Shown in pieces: positions 36,191 through 45,163 of a DNA stretch of 64,000 nt; position 1 is the first letter of the stretch; each line of letters starts with the position of its first letter. This DNA comes from a virus, in the IMG/VR virus record IMGVR_UViG_3300036828_000755, positions 67,755-131,754 of that record. One strand, 5' to 3'. A program made the translations under genes and the position numbers. The notes under the pieces are model-generated. The model searched no databases and was not told where the DNA came from. It was given only the letters and a program-made list of their open reading frames with translations.

Positions 36191-36847
36191 GTGAACGAGA
36201 AAACAAGCAAAAGCGAAAATGGTGGCGAAGGGTCGACGGACTTCATCGTTGCCAAGGTTTCTGGCAGATTTTTGCGGTTCCAGACCGTGGAAGAAGTACC
36301 TGAGGGGGCGGAGAACCTCCTCACAAGAACCGTGGCAGAAGAACTCACCAACGAGAAATTGGGGGAGATATATGGGATCGTCGCGGGAGTAAGTACGAAG
36401 AAGTTCCGCGACAAGAAGATCGCGCTCGAGAGCCTGACTTATCAGATCGCAAAACTCGAGGTGTTCGACCCGAATGCACCAGTGCAAACCACCAAAACTC
36501 CGGCGCCCGGGGAACAGGCCAAGGCAGTTCAGCCGACCGCCCCGAGGCCCGCACCAACGGTGACGCCGAAGTCGGACAGGAAACTGAGCGAGATGTTCGA
36601 GCTCCTCAGTCCACCGGAAACGGGGAAACTCCTAGGTGACCTTGCCCCACAGGCAAGGGAGTTGATCATCATCATGACGGAGCTCGCGACCGAGAAGAAG
36701 TCGACGAAGTTCTCGGCGGTCGAGTTGGCGACCAAGTTGGCTACGCCGGAAACCAAGGAACGCCTCAAGACGAGGCAGGATCCTCAGCGGATCATGCAAT
36801 ACTACAAGGGGAAGCTGATCGGGTCAGGCCTGATCAAGACGACGTAA
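36191..36847 (+). CDS. winged-helix-like paralog family member 4
   Basis: FELL...LAPQARELII...LKTRQDPQRIMQYYKGKLIGSGLI. Confidence 0.75.
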   Translation: MNEKTSKSENGGEGSTDFIVAKVSGRFLRFQTVEEVPEGAENLLTRTVAEELTNEKLGEIYGIVAGVSTKKFRDKKIALESLTYQIAKLEVFDPNAPVQTTKTPAPGEQAKAVQPTAPRPAPTVTPKSDRKLSEMFELLSPPETGKLLGDLAPQARELIIIMTELATEKKSTKFSAVELATKLATPETKERLKTRQDPQRIMQYYKGKLIGSGLIKTT

Positions 36848-36849
36848 CT

Positions 36850-37086
36850 ATGCACGGTCACCATGCTCAACGGCGAGGCGCGTTCGCTGGCCTACTACAC
36901 GCGGTGTTTATTTTCTCAGCAGTTGGATTCTTATTCATCCTCGGGTGTTGGCTCGACTTCCTCGAGCATCCCTGGTGGTGGGTCAAGCACGTCGGACTTC
37001 CGGCAGCAGTAGTTATTGTGTGCCTGGTTTACCAGGCTCGCGTCGATGCTCATCAAGCATCCAATTTTCCTAAGGGGAGGCGCTAG
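36850..37086 (+). CDS. two-TM membrane protein
   Basis: Two hydrophobic segments. Confidence 0.5.
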   Translation: MHGHHAQRRGAFAGLLHAVFIFSAVGFLFILGCWLDFLEHPWWWVKHVGLPAAVVIVCLVYQARVDAHQASNFPKGRR

Positions 37087-37364
37087 TGGTACTCAAGCCG
37101 GCCAACAGGTTCGTTGGGAAGAATACGCTGGAAAAGGTCGTCTCGCTCCTCAAGGAGTTCAACGACGTCCTTGACGAAGACGAGGGCTTCGTCGACCTCA
37201 CCATCGAGAAGGGCGGGAACGGGTACCTCAAGAACTGCACGAGGGCGGACCCGACCGGCACACCATTCTTCACTTTCAAGAATTTGGCAGAACTCCAGAA
37301 GTTCTTGGAGGGAAGCCAATTGACCAGGTTGATCATGGTCAGCGACCAGGAGATACCTTATTAA
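37086..37364 (+). CDS. hypothetical protein
   Basis: GTG after GGGAGG. Confidence 0.6.
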   Translation: MVLKPANRFVGKNTLEKVVSLLKEFNDVLDEDEGFVDLTIEKGGNGYLKNCTRADPTGTPFFTFKNLAELQKFLEGSQLTRLIMVSDQEIPY

Positions 37365-37382
37365 GAAAGGCGCTATCAAACG

Positions 37383-37727
37383 ATGAAGTCAGACATAACG
37401 AAGGACACCACCGAGCTAGCTGCGATGGGAATCGCGGCCCTGCTCCCAGGCATGGTTCACGCCCACGAGAAGCTCGGGAAAGAGATCGAGCATATGCGGG
37501 GAATGCTGAATTCGCTACAACACCCAGTAAAAAGGGGGAGGCCACCCGCCTCAGCCAAGGCGGATCCTGAGCCAAGGCCAAGGAAGACAAGGAAGAAGGC
37601 GAAGAACTTCGGGTGGAACGGCATGAGCCCAGAAGAGCGCAAGGAAGAGATGCGGAGGCGCGTGGCGCTAGGGAAGTCCCGGAAAGCCCGGCACCACAAG
37701 AAAGAAAACGAGGTTAAGGCGGCGTGA
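37383..37727 (+). CDS. basic protein with AT-hook-like KRGRP motif
   Basis: VKRGRPP; GW..MSPEER..EM.RR. Confidence 0.6.
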   Translation: MKSDITKDTTELAAMGIAALLPGMVHAHEKLGKEIEHMRGMLNSLQHPVKRGRPPASAKADPEPRPRKTRKKAKNFGWNGMSPEERKEEMRRRVALGKSRKARHHKKENEVKAA

Positions 37728-38032
37728 CCAGGCTCTCCAATCGACAGTACCCGATGCTGCGGATGTTCGTGGAGATGCGGTCAGGGTACTTCTTGTCGAT
37801 GGAAGAGGCCCAGAAATACGACCAGCGCCCGTTTCGCTCTATGCTGATCCAAGGCTGGGTCAGCTACAAGCCAGCGCACGGGTTCCACGTTACCAAGGAA
37901 GGACGCCAGGCATGGCGGGAGTTCGAAAACACCGAGATTTGCAGGAAGAACCCCTCGCTACCGCTCACGGCCTACTTTGACCCTGACGCGTACAAGTTGA
38001 AGATCGTGTTCAGGAAGAAGACGGCGGCATAA
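37724..38032 (+). CDS. hypothetical, possible winged helix
   Basis: LSNRQY.ML...SMLIQGWV...VT.EGR. Confidence 0.55.
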   Translation: MTRLSNRQYPMLRMFVEMRSGYFLSMEEAQKYDQRPFRSMLIQGWVSYKPAHGFHVTKEGRQAWREFENTEICRKNPSLPLTAYFDPDAYKLKIVFRKKTAA

Positions 38033-38094
38033 CGTGATCTCGTTTGTGCTGTTCGTCGTGTTCATAGACTTCATTCGCCCATTCTTTGAGAGGC

Positions 38095-38590
38095 GAAGGT
38101 AAGTTCCGAAGTACCTACCGCCCGAAAGGTAGGAAAGAAGCGCGAGGCGGCTTTTGCGGACAGGGGTTCGACTCCCCTCGCCTCCACCTGGGGTCACAAC
38201 CTCGACGATGGGATGTCCCACCGCTCACAGGGACTTGGGTAACCCATGCTACTGATCTGGTCGGTCCGTAATCCGACTAAGTGGTAGGTTGTGGCCCTCG
38301 GTGGGGGCGTACCGGTTTCGACGTGATTGAACGCTGAGCGTGGAGGAAGCGGCAGGCGACTACCGTGACCAAGTGTTGTTGAGAGCGTGCTCGCTTACGA
38401 GATATAGCTCAACTTCGAGGTCAACAGCGCAAAACCAAAAGTGCCAACCGCAAGGTAGTCACTATGCCCGTCCGCTCCATCGCCCCGGCGATGGCGCTGG
38501 CAGTCGCGGCCTAATCGGCAGCGAACAGCGGGGACCCCGGCCAACCGAGTGTTTCGCTCGGTCCTGGCAACAGAAGGCCGGGAACCAAAT
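38095..38590 (+). ncRNA. ssrA: circularly permuted (two-piece) tmRNA gene
   Basis: The 3' tRNA-like part (T-arm AGGGGTTCGACTCCCCT 38162-38178, acceptor strand CGCCTCC-A-CC 38179-38188) lies upstream of the 5' signature GGGGCGTACCGGTTTCGAC (38303). Tag frame 38443-38514 encodes ANRKVVTMPVRSIAPAMALAVAA*. Outer boundaries are approximate. Confidence 0.85.
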
Positions 38591-38608
38591 TCTTGAAGGA
38601 GTACTAAG

Positions 38609-38842
38609 ATGAACGCCGAGATTGACTTTCCCCGCTTCCGAATAGAGCAGGTCGATGACCATGGAAAGGTGTGCGAGCTACTCACGTGCTCTCCCCCCGG
38701 GTCAGCAACCCACAAGGTAACCTTCCCAGACACCGCGATCGAGGTCCTGATCTGCGACCGCCACGCGGTTGGGATCGTCGCGCTCGGCGAATACGTGACG
38801 CACGAGCCCGTCGAACTGGTCGACCCAGGGAAGGATGCCTGA
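38609..38842 (+). CDS. hypothetical protein
   Basis: SD AAGGAG. Confidence 0.6.
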   Translation: MNAEIDFPRFRIEQVDDHGKVCELLTCSPPGSATHKVTFPDTAIEVLICDRHAVGIVALGEYVTHEPVELVDPGKDA

Positions 38843-38845
38843 GCC

Positions 38846-39280
38846 TTGGAGAAGGGAGCAAGGGTGCAGGTGATCGACAAGGCCCTGCCAACGTTTGCGA
38901 GGATTGGCACGCTGATCCACGTGGACGGTTGGAAGCACGTCGTCCTCCTTGACGAGCTCCCTCCCCCACCCCCTGATGTCGGGACGTTTTCCATATCACT
39001 CGTGCTGAAGGAGCAGCAAATCCGCGAGCTCTTCATGGGTGAGAATTTCAGGCCCGAGGTCCACTACTACGCGGTCAGGTTCACGATGACGGGCCTCAAC
39101 TCGATGCTCAAGGAAGGGTACGAGAAGGTCACGTCCGCGAGCAACATGGAGACGTTCGCGAAGAAGTTGATGGTAGAAGGTTTCAGGAGCAAGAACGCGG
39201 GACACGACTGGTGGATATTTCCCGGTGCCCTCCTCTCCTTGGTGGAGCTCGATTCGAGGGGAAAGCAGAAGATGCAATGA
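38846..39280 (+). CDS. hypothetical protein
   Basis: Operonic ORF; start uncertain. Confidence 0.55.
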   Translation: MEKGARVQVIDKALPTFARIGTLIHVDGWKHVVLLDELPPPPPDVGTFSISLVLKEQQIRELFMGENFRPEVHYYAVRFTMTGLNSMLKEGYEKVTSASNMETFAKKLMVEGFRSKNAGHDWWIFPGALLSLVELDSRGKQKMQ

Positions 39281-39534
39281 TTACCGGAAAAACGTATAAG
39301 TACCAGGCGATCGTGATCAACGACAGGGGGCACTTGACTGACCCGGAGTTCCTTAACGCCTTAAATGAGCAAGGCGCGCTAGTTGAGACTTATGTCTGCC
39401 CGCTGTGTGGCGGGATATGCCCAACCCTTGCTTCTGGCTGGAAGCATAAGGAAGACCAACCGATGGGCGCCAACAAGTTGGCGGTCCTCCTCGAGAGGGA
39501 AATCCAATTCGAGTGCGAGAGGTTCAACCGATGA
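39277..39534 (+). CDS. hypothetical protein with CPLC
   Basis: ATGA overlap. Confidence 0.55.
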   Translation: MITGKTYKYQAIVINDRGHLTDPEFLNALNEQGALVETYVCPLCGGICPTLASGWKHKEDQPMGANKLAVLLEREIQFECERFNR

Positions 39535-39719
39535 CGCTCAAGGGTTCCCAGCACGAGTACGACGTACACCTGACTGAAGCAGACAGGCTAGAGGTCCTCG
39601 ACCAGCTCGAACTGGCCGAGTACTACATCAAGGATCTCGCCAACGAATCAATGGCTGAGCGGCTGAAAACAAACGCCAAACTCCGCGAATTCTTTGGGAA
39701 GATTTGGAGGACTAGTTGA
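39531..39719 (+). CDS. hypothetical protein
   Basis: ATGA overlap. Confidence 0.55.
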   Translation: MTLKGSQHEYDVHLTEADRLEVLDQLELAEYYIKDLANESMAERLKTNAKLREFFGKIWRTS

Positions 39720-39920
39720 ATGGTGACTGAGTTGACGCTGCTTAGGATGGCGTACGCGGACTACCTGGTCCGGTGCGCGGACACAGTGGCTGTCCTGACA
39801 CCAGACGAGGTCAAGAAACTCAGGGCCCAGGCCGTCGCTGGCATGTACGACAACGACGAAAATTTCGAGGAAATCGCGCTCGCCGAGAACGAGCGCCAAG
39901 GATGGTCGAACATAAGATAA
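39720..39920 (+). CDS. hypothetical protein
   Basis: SD GGAGG. Confidence 0.6.
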   Translation: MVTELTLLRMAYADYLVRCADTVAVLTPDEVKKLRAQAVAGMYDNDENFEEIALAENERQGWSNIR

Positions 39921-40117
39921 TGGCAAACTACACGAAGAAGCCGATCCCCGACGAGTCGATCTTCAAGCACCTGAGGATGTTGGCGGGCTACTGCCACGCG
40001 CAGGCCGCCACGGACAAGGCCCCGAAGCGAAAGAAGTTGCTCGACGACCTGGCGCTCAAGTTCGACAAGCTGAGCGAAAGCAAGGTTGTCAAGGAACTCC
40101 AGTTGTACGGTGAATAG
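39920..40117 (+). CDS. hypothetical protein
   Basis: TAATG coupling. Confidence 0.6.
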   Translation: MANYTKKPIPDESIFKHLRMLAGYCHAQAATDKAPKRKKLLDDLALKFDKLSESKVVKELQLYGE

Positions 40118-40120
40118 GCG

Positions 40121-41014
40121 ATGATACTCTACGACGCCCTCGGCCCAAGCCAAAGATCTATCATCGGCGACCTGGGTCCCCGGATGGACGTGACGAACGT
40201 CGCGGACTACTACTACCACCACGACAAGGAATACTGGAAGATTGGCGAGGACTTCCCTTGCTGCCGTCCGCCGTTCGATACGTTGTGGGTCGAGTATCGG
40301 TACCCGAACACCATGTACAGCAAGGAGGTCGGGCTGACGAACACGTCCGTCGCCGACCTTGGCGTGACTGCGTACGCGGGGTTCTTCATCTCTAACAAGT
40401 ACGAGTTCACGCCAAGCGGTAACGTGAATCGGCTGGGTTACGAGGGTCTCATAATAAAGAAGGATGCCACGGACCGTGGTCAGTGGAGCGTGCACGGCGG
40501 GATCTGGTACGTCGACAGGTCTACCGGGAAAGCTAGCAAGTTTGCTGAGCCGACCGGCCTTCGGTTCGACCTGGACGAGCACGGGAACGTCGGCAACTTC
40601 TTCATGCCATCGTACATGGGCAAGGACGTCGACGAGATGGCCTCGCGGGCATATCTCGTGCACCCCATACTGATGGCGTTCAGCTTCGCCAACTGCAAGA
40701 ACATCGAGATAGTCCAGGTCAAACCGCCCGAGAGGTTGAACAGGAGGAGGATCGAGCGTGGCAAGGTCCCGCTCTCCACGTATAGCATAGTGAACGTGCT
40801 GCCTTTTGGGAAGATCTACAGCAGGCAGACCAGGACGGTCTCATCTGGTGAGGGAATTTCCATAGCAATCCGTCGCGGAGGCTACGCCAAGTATGGGCCC
40901 GAGTACGGGCGCGGGAAACTCTTCGGGAAGTACTCCGGGATGTTCTGGAAACCCCAGGTCATTGCTACCAAAAAGGCCATGGACCACGACTACCTGGTGA
41001 AGGTAAAGGAATAG
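40121..41014 (+). CDS. hypothetical phage protein (PPF...W.EY...R.H-like C-terminus)
   Basis: Long ORF with phage codon use. Confidence 0.75.
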   Translation: MILYDALGPSQRSIIGDLGPRMDVTNVADYYYHHDKEYWKIGEDFPCCRPPFDTLWVEYRYPNTMYSKEVGLTNTSVADLGVTAYAGFFISNKYEFTPSGNVNRLGYEGLIIKKDATDRGQWSVHGGIWYVDRSTGKASKFAEPTGLRFDLDEHGNVGNFFMPSYMGKDVDEMASRAYLVHPILMAFSFANCKNIEIVQVKPPERLNRRRIERGKVPLSTYSIVNVLPFGKIYSRQTRTVSSGEGISIAIRRGGYAKYGPEYGRGKLFGKYSGMFWKPQVIATKKAMDHDYLVKVKE

Positions 41015-41022
41015 CTAGACGG

Positions 41023-41418
41023 ATGGCGCTGGTCCTTCACAGGGTATTCCAAGACGACTCGTCCGACCACACTCCCTTCACCAGGAAATCCTGGGAGGAG
41101 GCGCTCAGGGACCCGGCAGTTAAGCGACGCTGGGGACACTCGCCGGAGAGGTGCTTCGACCCGGTCGAGGAGTTGTTGGCGGAGATCAAGGGTCGGAATG
41201 GACCAGTGCAAACGGTCCAGGAGGCCCCTCGGCGGGAGGAGCCAGCTGAGCCAAGTGAGGCACCCCCGGGAGAACTTACGCCAAGGTTGTTGTCGGAGTT
41301 TACGACGTACTGCTTGGAGGATTGCAGGATTATGCTGTCCCCGCCAGGACCTGAGCCAATCCCGTTCGCGAAGAGGGGACCAGTGCCCGATAAAAAAGGA
41401 CAATACCTTTTATTCTGA
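41023..41418 (+). CDS. hypothetical protein
   Basis: Operonic ORF. Confidence 0.5.
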   Translation: MALVLHRVFQDDSSDHTPFTRKSWEEALRDPAVKRRWGHSPERCFDPVEELLAEIKGRNGPVQTVQEAPRREEPAEPSEAPPGELTPRLLSEFTTYCLEDCRIMLSPPGPEPIPFAKRGPVPDKKGQYLLF

Positions 41419-41566
41419 GCATGACATTTTGGTTCATTCCTCTGCATCGGAAGGGTTCACCTAGGAAACCAATTTTGTTCAACTGGCACATACTATGTCA
41501 ACTTTTTTGGAGATATTTCGCCACCAAGGCGTGGTTTCCATTGGTCGTATCGACTTTGTAACAAAG

Positions 41567-41606
41567 CTGAAAATCTAGGAGATTTCCGCGTTATAATGAG
41601 TCTTAA
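41567..41606 (+). promoter_or_regulatory. phage-class promoter
   Basis: CTG-N22-TATAAT-GAGTCTTA. Confidence 0.6.
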
Positions 41607-41614
41607 AGGAAAAA

Positions 41615-42277
41615 ATGGACAGTCAATCGGGCACTGAGGCTCGCGAAGAGTCGCCGAGGAGCGACCAATTTTCCGGAAAAGTCAGGGTGCAACGCTGGCC
41701 AGGTCCGATGGGACCAGTAGTAGGTCCTCCGGTGATCATCATGGGCCTCGACAAGGTCGCCGAAGCCCTGAGCATCTCGGGGTTCATGAAGCCCTGGGTA
41801 ATAGAGAAGATCAAGTCCCACCTCGTTTCGGGAGGAATGTTCTTGAACAGGGGGTCAACCGCGCACGACGACGAGAGGGCACTGGTCCCCAATGGCTTGG
41901 TCGTGGGCATGGCAGTTCGGTCAGAATACAGGATGGCGACAGAGGCCGAGATCCTGGACTACGTGGACAACCAGCAGTTCGCGAACGTCACCGGACGACA
42001 GGTCTCCAAGAGGTCCCAGGAGAAGGGTTACGTGCTCCACTATCACGAGGGAGCCAAGATCATCGCAGCCTACGACGACCTGCCCAGGCAGGCCAAGGTC
42101 GTCCTCGACGTCCTGAACGACACTGGCAGGGAAAACTTCACGGAAGCATCGATAGACATGCTACTCACGGAGAAGAAGGACTTGCTGAAGACCAAGCAGG
42201 ACCCACTGAAGATATTCGCGTTCTACCGTCGTCGGTTCATCGACGAGGGTCACATGGAGGAAGTTGACGATGATTGA
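41615..42277 (+). CDS. winged-helix-like paralog family member 5
   Basis: GYVL...LPRQAKVVLDVL...FTE...LKTKQDPLKIFAFYRRRFIDEG. Confidence 0.75.
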   Translation: MDSQSGTEAREESPRSDQFSGKVRVQRWPGPMGPVVGPPVIIMGLDKVAEALSISGFMKPWVIEKIKSHLVSGGMFLNRGSTAHDDERALVPNGLVVGMAVRSEYRMATEAEILDYVDNQQFANVTGRQVSKRSQEKGYVLHYHEGAKIIAAYDDLPRQAKVVLDVLNDTGRENFTEASIDMLLTEKKDLLKTKQDPLKIFAFYRRRFIDEGHMEEVDDD

Positions 42278-42665
42278 CAGGCGTGTACCGAAGTACTCGT
42301 TCGCCTACACGAGGCCGGGGTTCTTCTGCCGCGGCCTCTTCTACGAGGAAGGAGGGTGGACGGAGGCAGTGATCGACCGGTTTGACGGCAATCCCACGAA
42401 CCACGGGAAGTGGCCGAGTTTTAATGCCGCACACGAGGAGATCGAGCGAGTGTTGGACGAGGAATTGTCAGGCGACAGCATGAGGCAGTGGAGGGCCCCG
42501 GGAGCTATATTCATAGTGACCGAGGAAGACTACCACGGGTCGGGGAAATACTGCATCGTCAGGTGCCTCGGTGGCAAGTCGGAGGACACTGGACTCCGGT
42601 TTCCGTCGCAGGGCGCAGCTTGGGAAGCCATCAATGAGCCGGCAACGAACTTCGCGAGGGAGTAG
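42264..42665 (+). CDS. hypothetical protein
   Basis: Operonic ORF. Confidence 0.6.
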   Translation: MTMIDRRVPKYSFAYTRPGFFCRGLFYEEGGWTEAVIDRFDGNPTNHGKWPSFNAAHEEIERVLDEELSGDSMRQWRAPGAIFIVTEEDYHGSGKYCIVRCLGGKSEDTGLRFPSQGAAWEAINEPATNFARE

Positions 42666-42673
42666 GTGGGGTC

Positions 42674-42877
42674 GTGGAAACCATCAACATCACTAACCTT
42701 TCGGTGTTGCAGATAGACATGGCCATCACGAACATCGAGTCGAGGTTCCGCCACCCCGAGGGCTTCGTCGACCTCATGAAGATGTCGGACAGCAGGGAAT
42801 CGTTCCCTGTCTGGAGAGTCCTGAGGGAGCGTAGGAGACTCGTGATGAGGGCGATCAAGCAGGAGAACAAGTCGTGA
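42674..42877 (+). CDS. hypothetical protein
   Basis: GTG start; operonic. Confidence 0.55.
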   Translation: METINITNLSVLQIDMAITNIESRFRHPEGFVDLMKMSDSRESFPVWRVLRERRRLVMRAIKQENKS

Positions 42878-43449
42878 GGTTCCTGGAGTTGTTGAACCTG
42901 GGCGACAAGTTCAGGCCAGCCTCAGACAAGCAAATGAGCCTGAACAATCGCAAGATGGGGCAGGACAAGGTATTCAGGATCACCAGGATTTACCCGCAGA
43001 CTCCCAACATCGTCGTGTCGGTATTGGACGATTCCCCAAACAAGGGGATCTTCTCACTTGGGCCCGGGACCCCGGTCCTGTTCCCTAACGAGCCAAACGC
43101 GTCGGAAGACGAAGTCAGGGAGTTCCTGACCCCTGGCAGGGGAAAGACGAGGGTCACCGGATACGAGCTTCTTTGGGATGGCAAGACGGAGTTCCACAGC
43201 TCCGTCCCTACCTATTGCCAGGTCTTCGCGAAGCTCATGTTTGCCCACGGCAAGGAGTACTACACGGCCAGTGAGCTTGGCAAACTCTGGATAGCTAATG
43301 CTGACCGGTACGAGAGGCACCCCAGCCTTATCCTTAACTGGCGATCGAGGCTTCGCCAACTAGTGATGCTGGGGATACTCAAGGAGATAAGGAATACGAG
43401 GCCAAGGACTGGCCCGGTCGTTGACGCAAACTTACAGGAGGTGTTATAA
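42874..43449 (+). CDS. distant winged-helix-like family member
   Basis: GYELL...VP...YTASEL...RSRLRQLVMLGILKE. Confidence 0.6.
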   Translation: MRFLELLNLGDKFRPASDKQMSLNNRKMGQDKVFRITRIYPQTPNIVVSVLDDSPNKGIFSLGPGTPVLFPNEPNASEDEVREFLTPGRGKTRVTGYELLWDGKTEFHSSVPTYCQVFAKLMFAHGKEYYTASELGKLWIANADRYERHPSLILNWRSRLRQLVMLGILKEIRNTRPRTGPVVDANLQEVL

Positions 43450-43492
43450 ACTAGGGTAAAATAATCGAGGATCAAGAAATGAAGTTCCAAAA

Positions 43493-43852
43493 TTGGAGGA
43501 AAATGAAGTGAGTTCGCAAGAATTGGCAAAGAAGATAAGTTATTGGATCAGGACGTATAGTTTCTGCGGGGAGGTAGTCACGGTAAAGTTGGACAACAAC
43601 TACTTTATTCAGTTCGAGGCAAGGACGACCAAGACGAGGGCATCGTCGATGGTAACGAGGATCAAGCTCATCTCCGCCGAGGTCATCCTCGATGTGGAGT
43701 TCCAGGTAGGAAAAGAGCTCCTCAGCGAGGTACCAAGCGACAGGTCGGCCCTGGCAACGTGGAAGATCTTCGTCCGTATCCCGATCCACGTGAGGAAGCC
43801 AAGGATTTCGGAGAAAGTGGCAACGCCAAAGATCAACGTGCTAGCCGCATAG
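43493..43852 (+). CDS. hypothetical protein
   Basis: Operonic ORF. Confidence 0.55.
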   Translation: MEENEVSSQELAKKISYWIRTYSFCGEVVTVKLDNNYFIQFEARTTKTRASSMVTRIKLISAEVILDVEFQVGKELLSEVPSDRSALATWKIFVRIPIHVRKPRISEKVATPKINVLAA

Positions 43853-43855
43853 ATT

Positions 43856-44485
43856 ATGGGACTCATACTAGCGTTCACTGACCAATCAACTTACAAGTTG
43901 TGCAACGGGGAATTGGATGTTCCCGCTGGCGCCATCACGTTCTCGAGTCCCAAGGCATTGGCTCGGGCTGTCAGCGCAAAGACCTTGAACGAGATAAGGG
44001 CCAAGCTATTCGGGGAGGAAGTCGAGTATTGCCCTAATCGGGAAGATGCAGCACTTCGGTTGTGGAACTTGATGACAGTCTCCCCCGGGATAAGCTACAA
44101 CAAGTCGCTGCAGGAACACCCGGCGAAGGTCACCGAGTTCGGCACGCCTAAGATGCTCACAACTCGGAAGATCGAGTTGCTCCACCTGATGCTTCCGACG
44201 AGCGACTACATGACCAACTACTTCTACTCGAAGCTCGAGGGCCAGGCCAGGCAGATAGTTGAGATGCTCCTGGACGACGGAAGAAAGGTGTGGACTAACG
44301 CCGAGGCGAACAGGGTCATTTGGGCCCGTGCCGACGAGATCAAGGGTGTGCAGGGGGCTTCCTGGGTCTTCTCCTACTACAAGTCTCGCCTGCACCACAA
44401 GAGGATTCTTCGACGGATCACGTACGAGGACTTCTTGACCGACCCGCAGTTCGCGGGAATTTCACTAGAATCTAAGACTTACTAG
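43856..44485 (+). CDS. winged-helix-like paralog family member 6
   Basis: IELL...LEGQARQIVEML...VQGASWVFSYYKSRLHHKRIL. Confidence 0.7.
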   Translation: MGLILAFTDQSTYKLCNGELDVPAGAITFSSPKALARAVSAKTLNEIRAKLFGEEVEYCPNREDAALRLWNLMTVSPGISYNKSLQEHPAKVTEFGTPKMLTTRKIELLHLMLPTSDYMTNYFYSKLEGQARQIVEMLLDDGRKVWTNAEANRVIWARADEIKGVQGASWVFSYYKSRLHHKRILRRITYEDFLTDPQFAGISLESKTY

Positions 44486-44524
44486 GAAAACTAGTAAAGA
44501 AGTACGTGCCCGAGGGTTTAGTGT

Positions 44525-44718
44525 TATTGGCGTTATTGTCTGCCTATTGGGTCTGTCAGACCCATCCGTCCTTTGTTATCAACAACATGGTAAACTCGTT
44601 ATTGGGTTATTGGCTCTGAGTATGTGACTCCGTGGTTTTTGCGAAAAATCCTATTAAGTCACATATATAGTGCCAATAACCAATCGGGGATGGTCACGCA
44701 AGTTATTGATTTGAAAGG
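44525..44718. repeat. AT-rich element, inverted homologue of 6198-6394
   Basis: See 6198-6394. It lies between convergent genes at the end of the plus block. Confidence 0.85.
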
Positions 44719-44856
44719 TCGGGTAGGCCTAAGCAGGCCCCTTGTGGGACCAATAGGTGGACAACAACACCAATAAGACCTAGGGCAAAAGAAGGAAACG
44801 TTGGGGAGGGATTCGAAATTGGCAGGGGCTTCAGGGTTGCTGGCAAGTGCTTTTTC

Positions 44857-45045
44857 CTAGCGAAAACGTGCAGGCATGCTGATGTGCGTGATGCCAAAGT
44901 AGTTCAGGAGTCCAACTATCACGAGCAACACGACTACGGCATTGACGATGAGCCTTATCGGCTCAGCCATTGGCACGTACCTGTTTATCAGGTACATGGC
45001 TACCCCCAGAACTATCAGCAAAAGTATGAGAGAGATCACGGACAC
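44857..45045 (-). CDS. small two-TM membrane protein (Thivi_2564-like; possible holin)
   Basis: LI..LIVLGV..YLIN..VPM...IR.I.N.VVV...I..LL..FG. Confidence 0.65.
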   Translation of the reverse strand: MSVISLILLLIVLGVAMYLINRYVPMAEPIRLIVNAVVVLLVIVGLLNYFGITHISMPARFR

Positions 45046-45163
45046 GTTGTTTCTCCTTTACTGAGACTAAGGCAAGACGCCGGGGCGCGCACATTGGAGT
45101 GAGCTGGCGAACGTCAACGTCTCACGCCCCGGCAACCCTGCCTACTCGCACGGGCTTCGAGGA

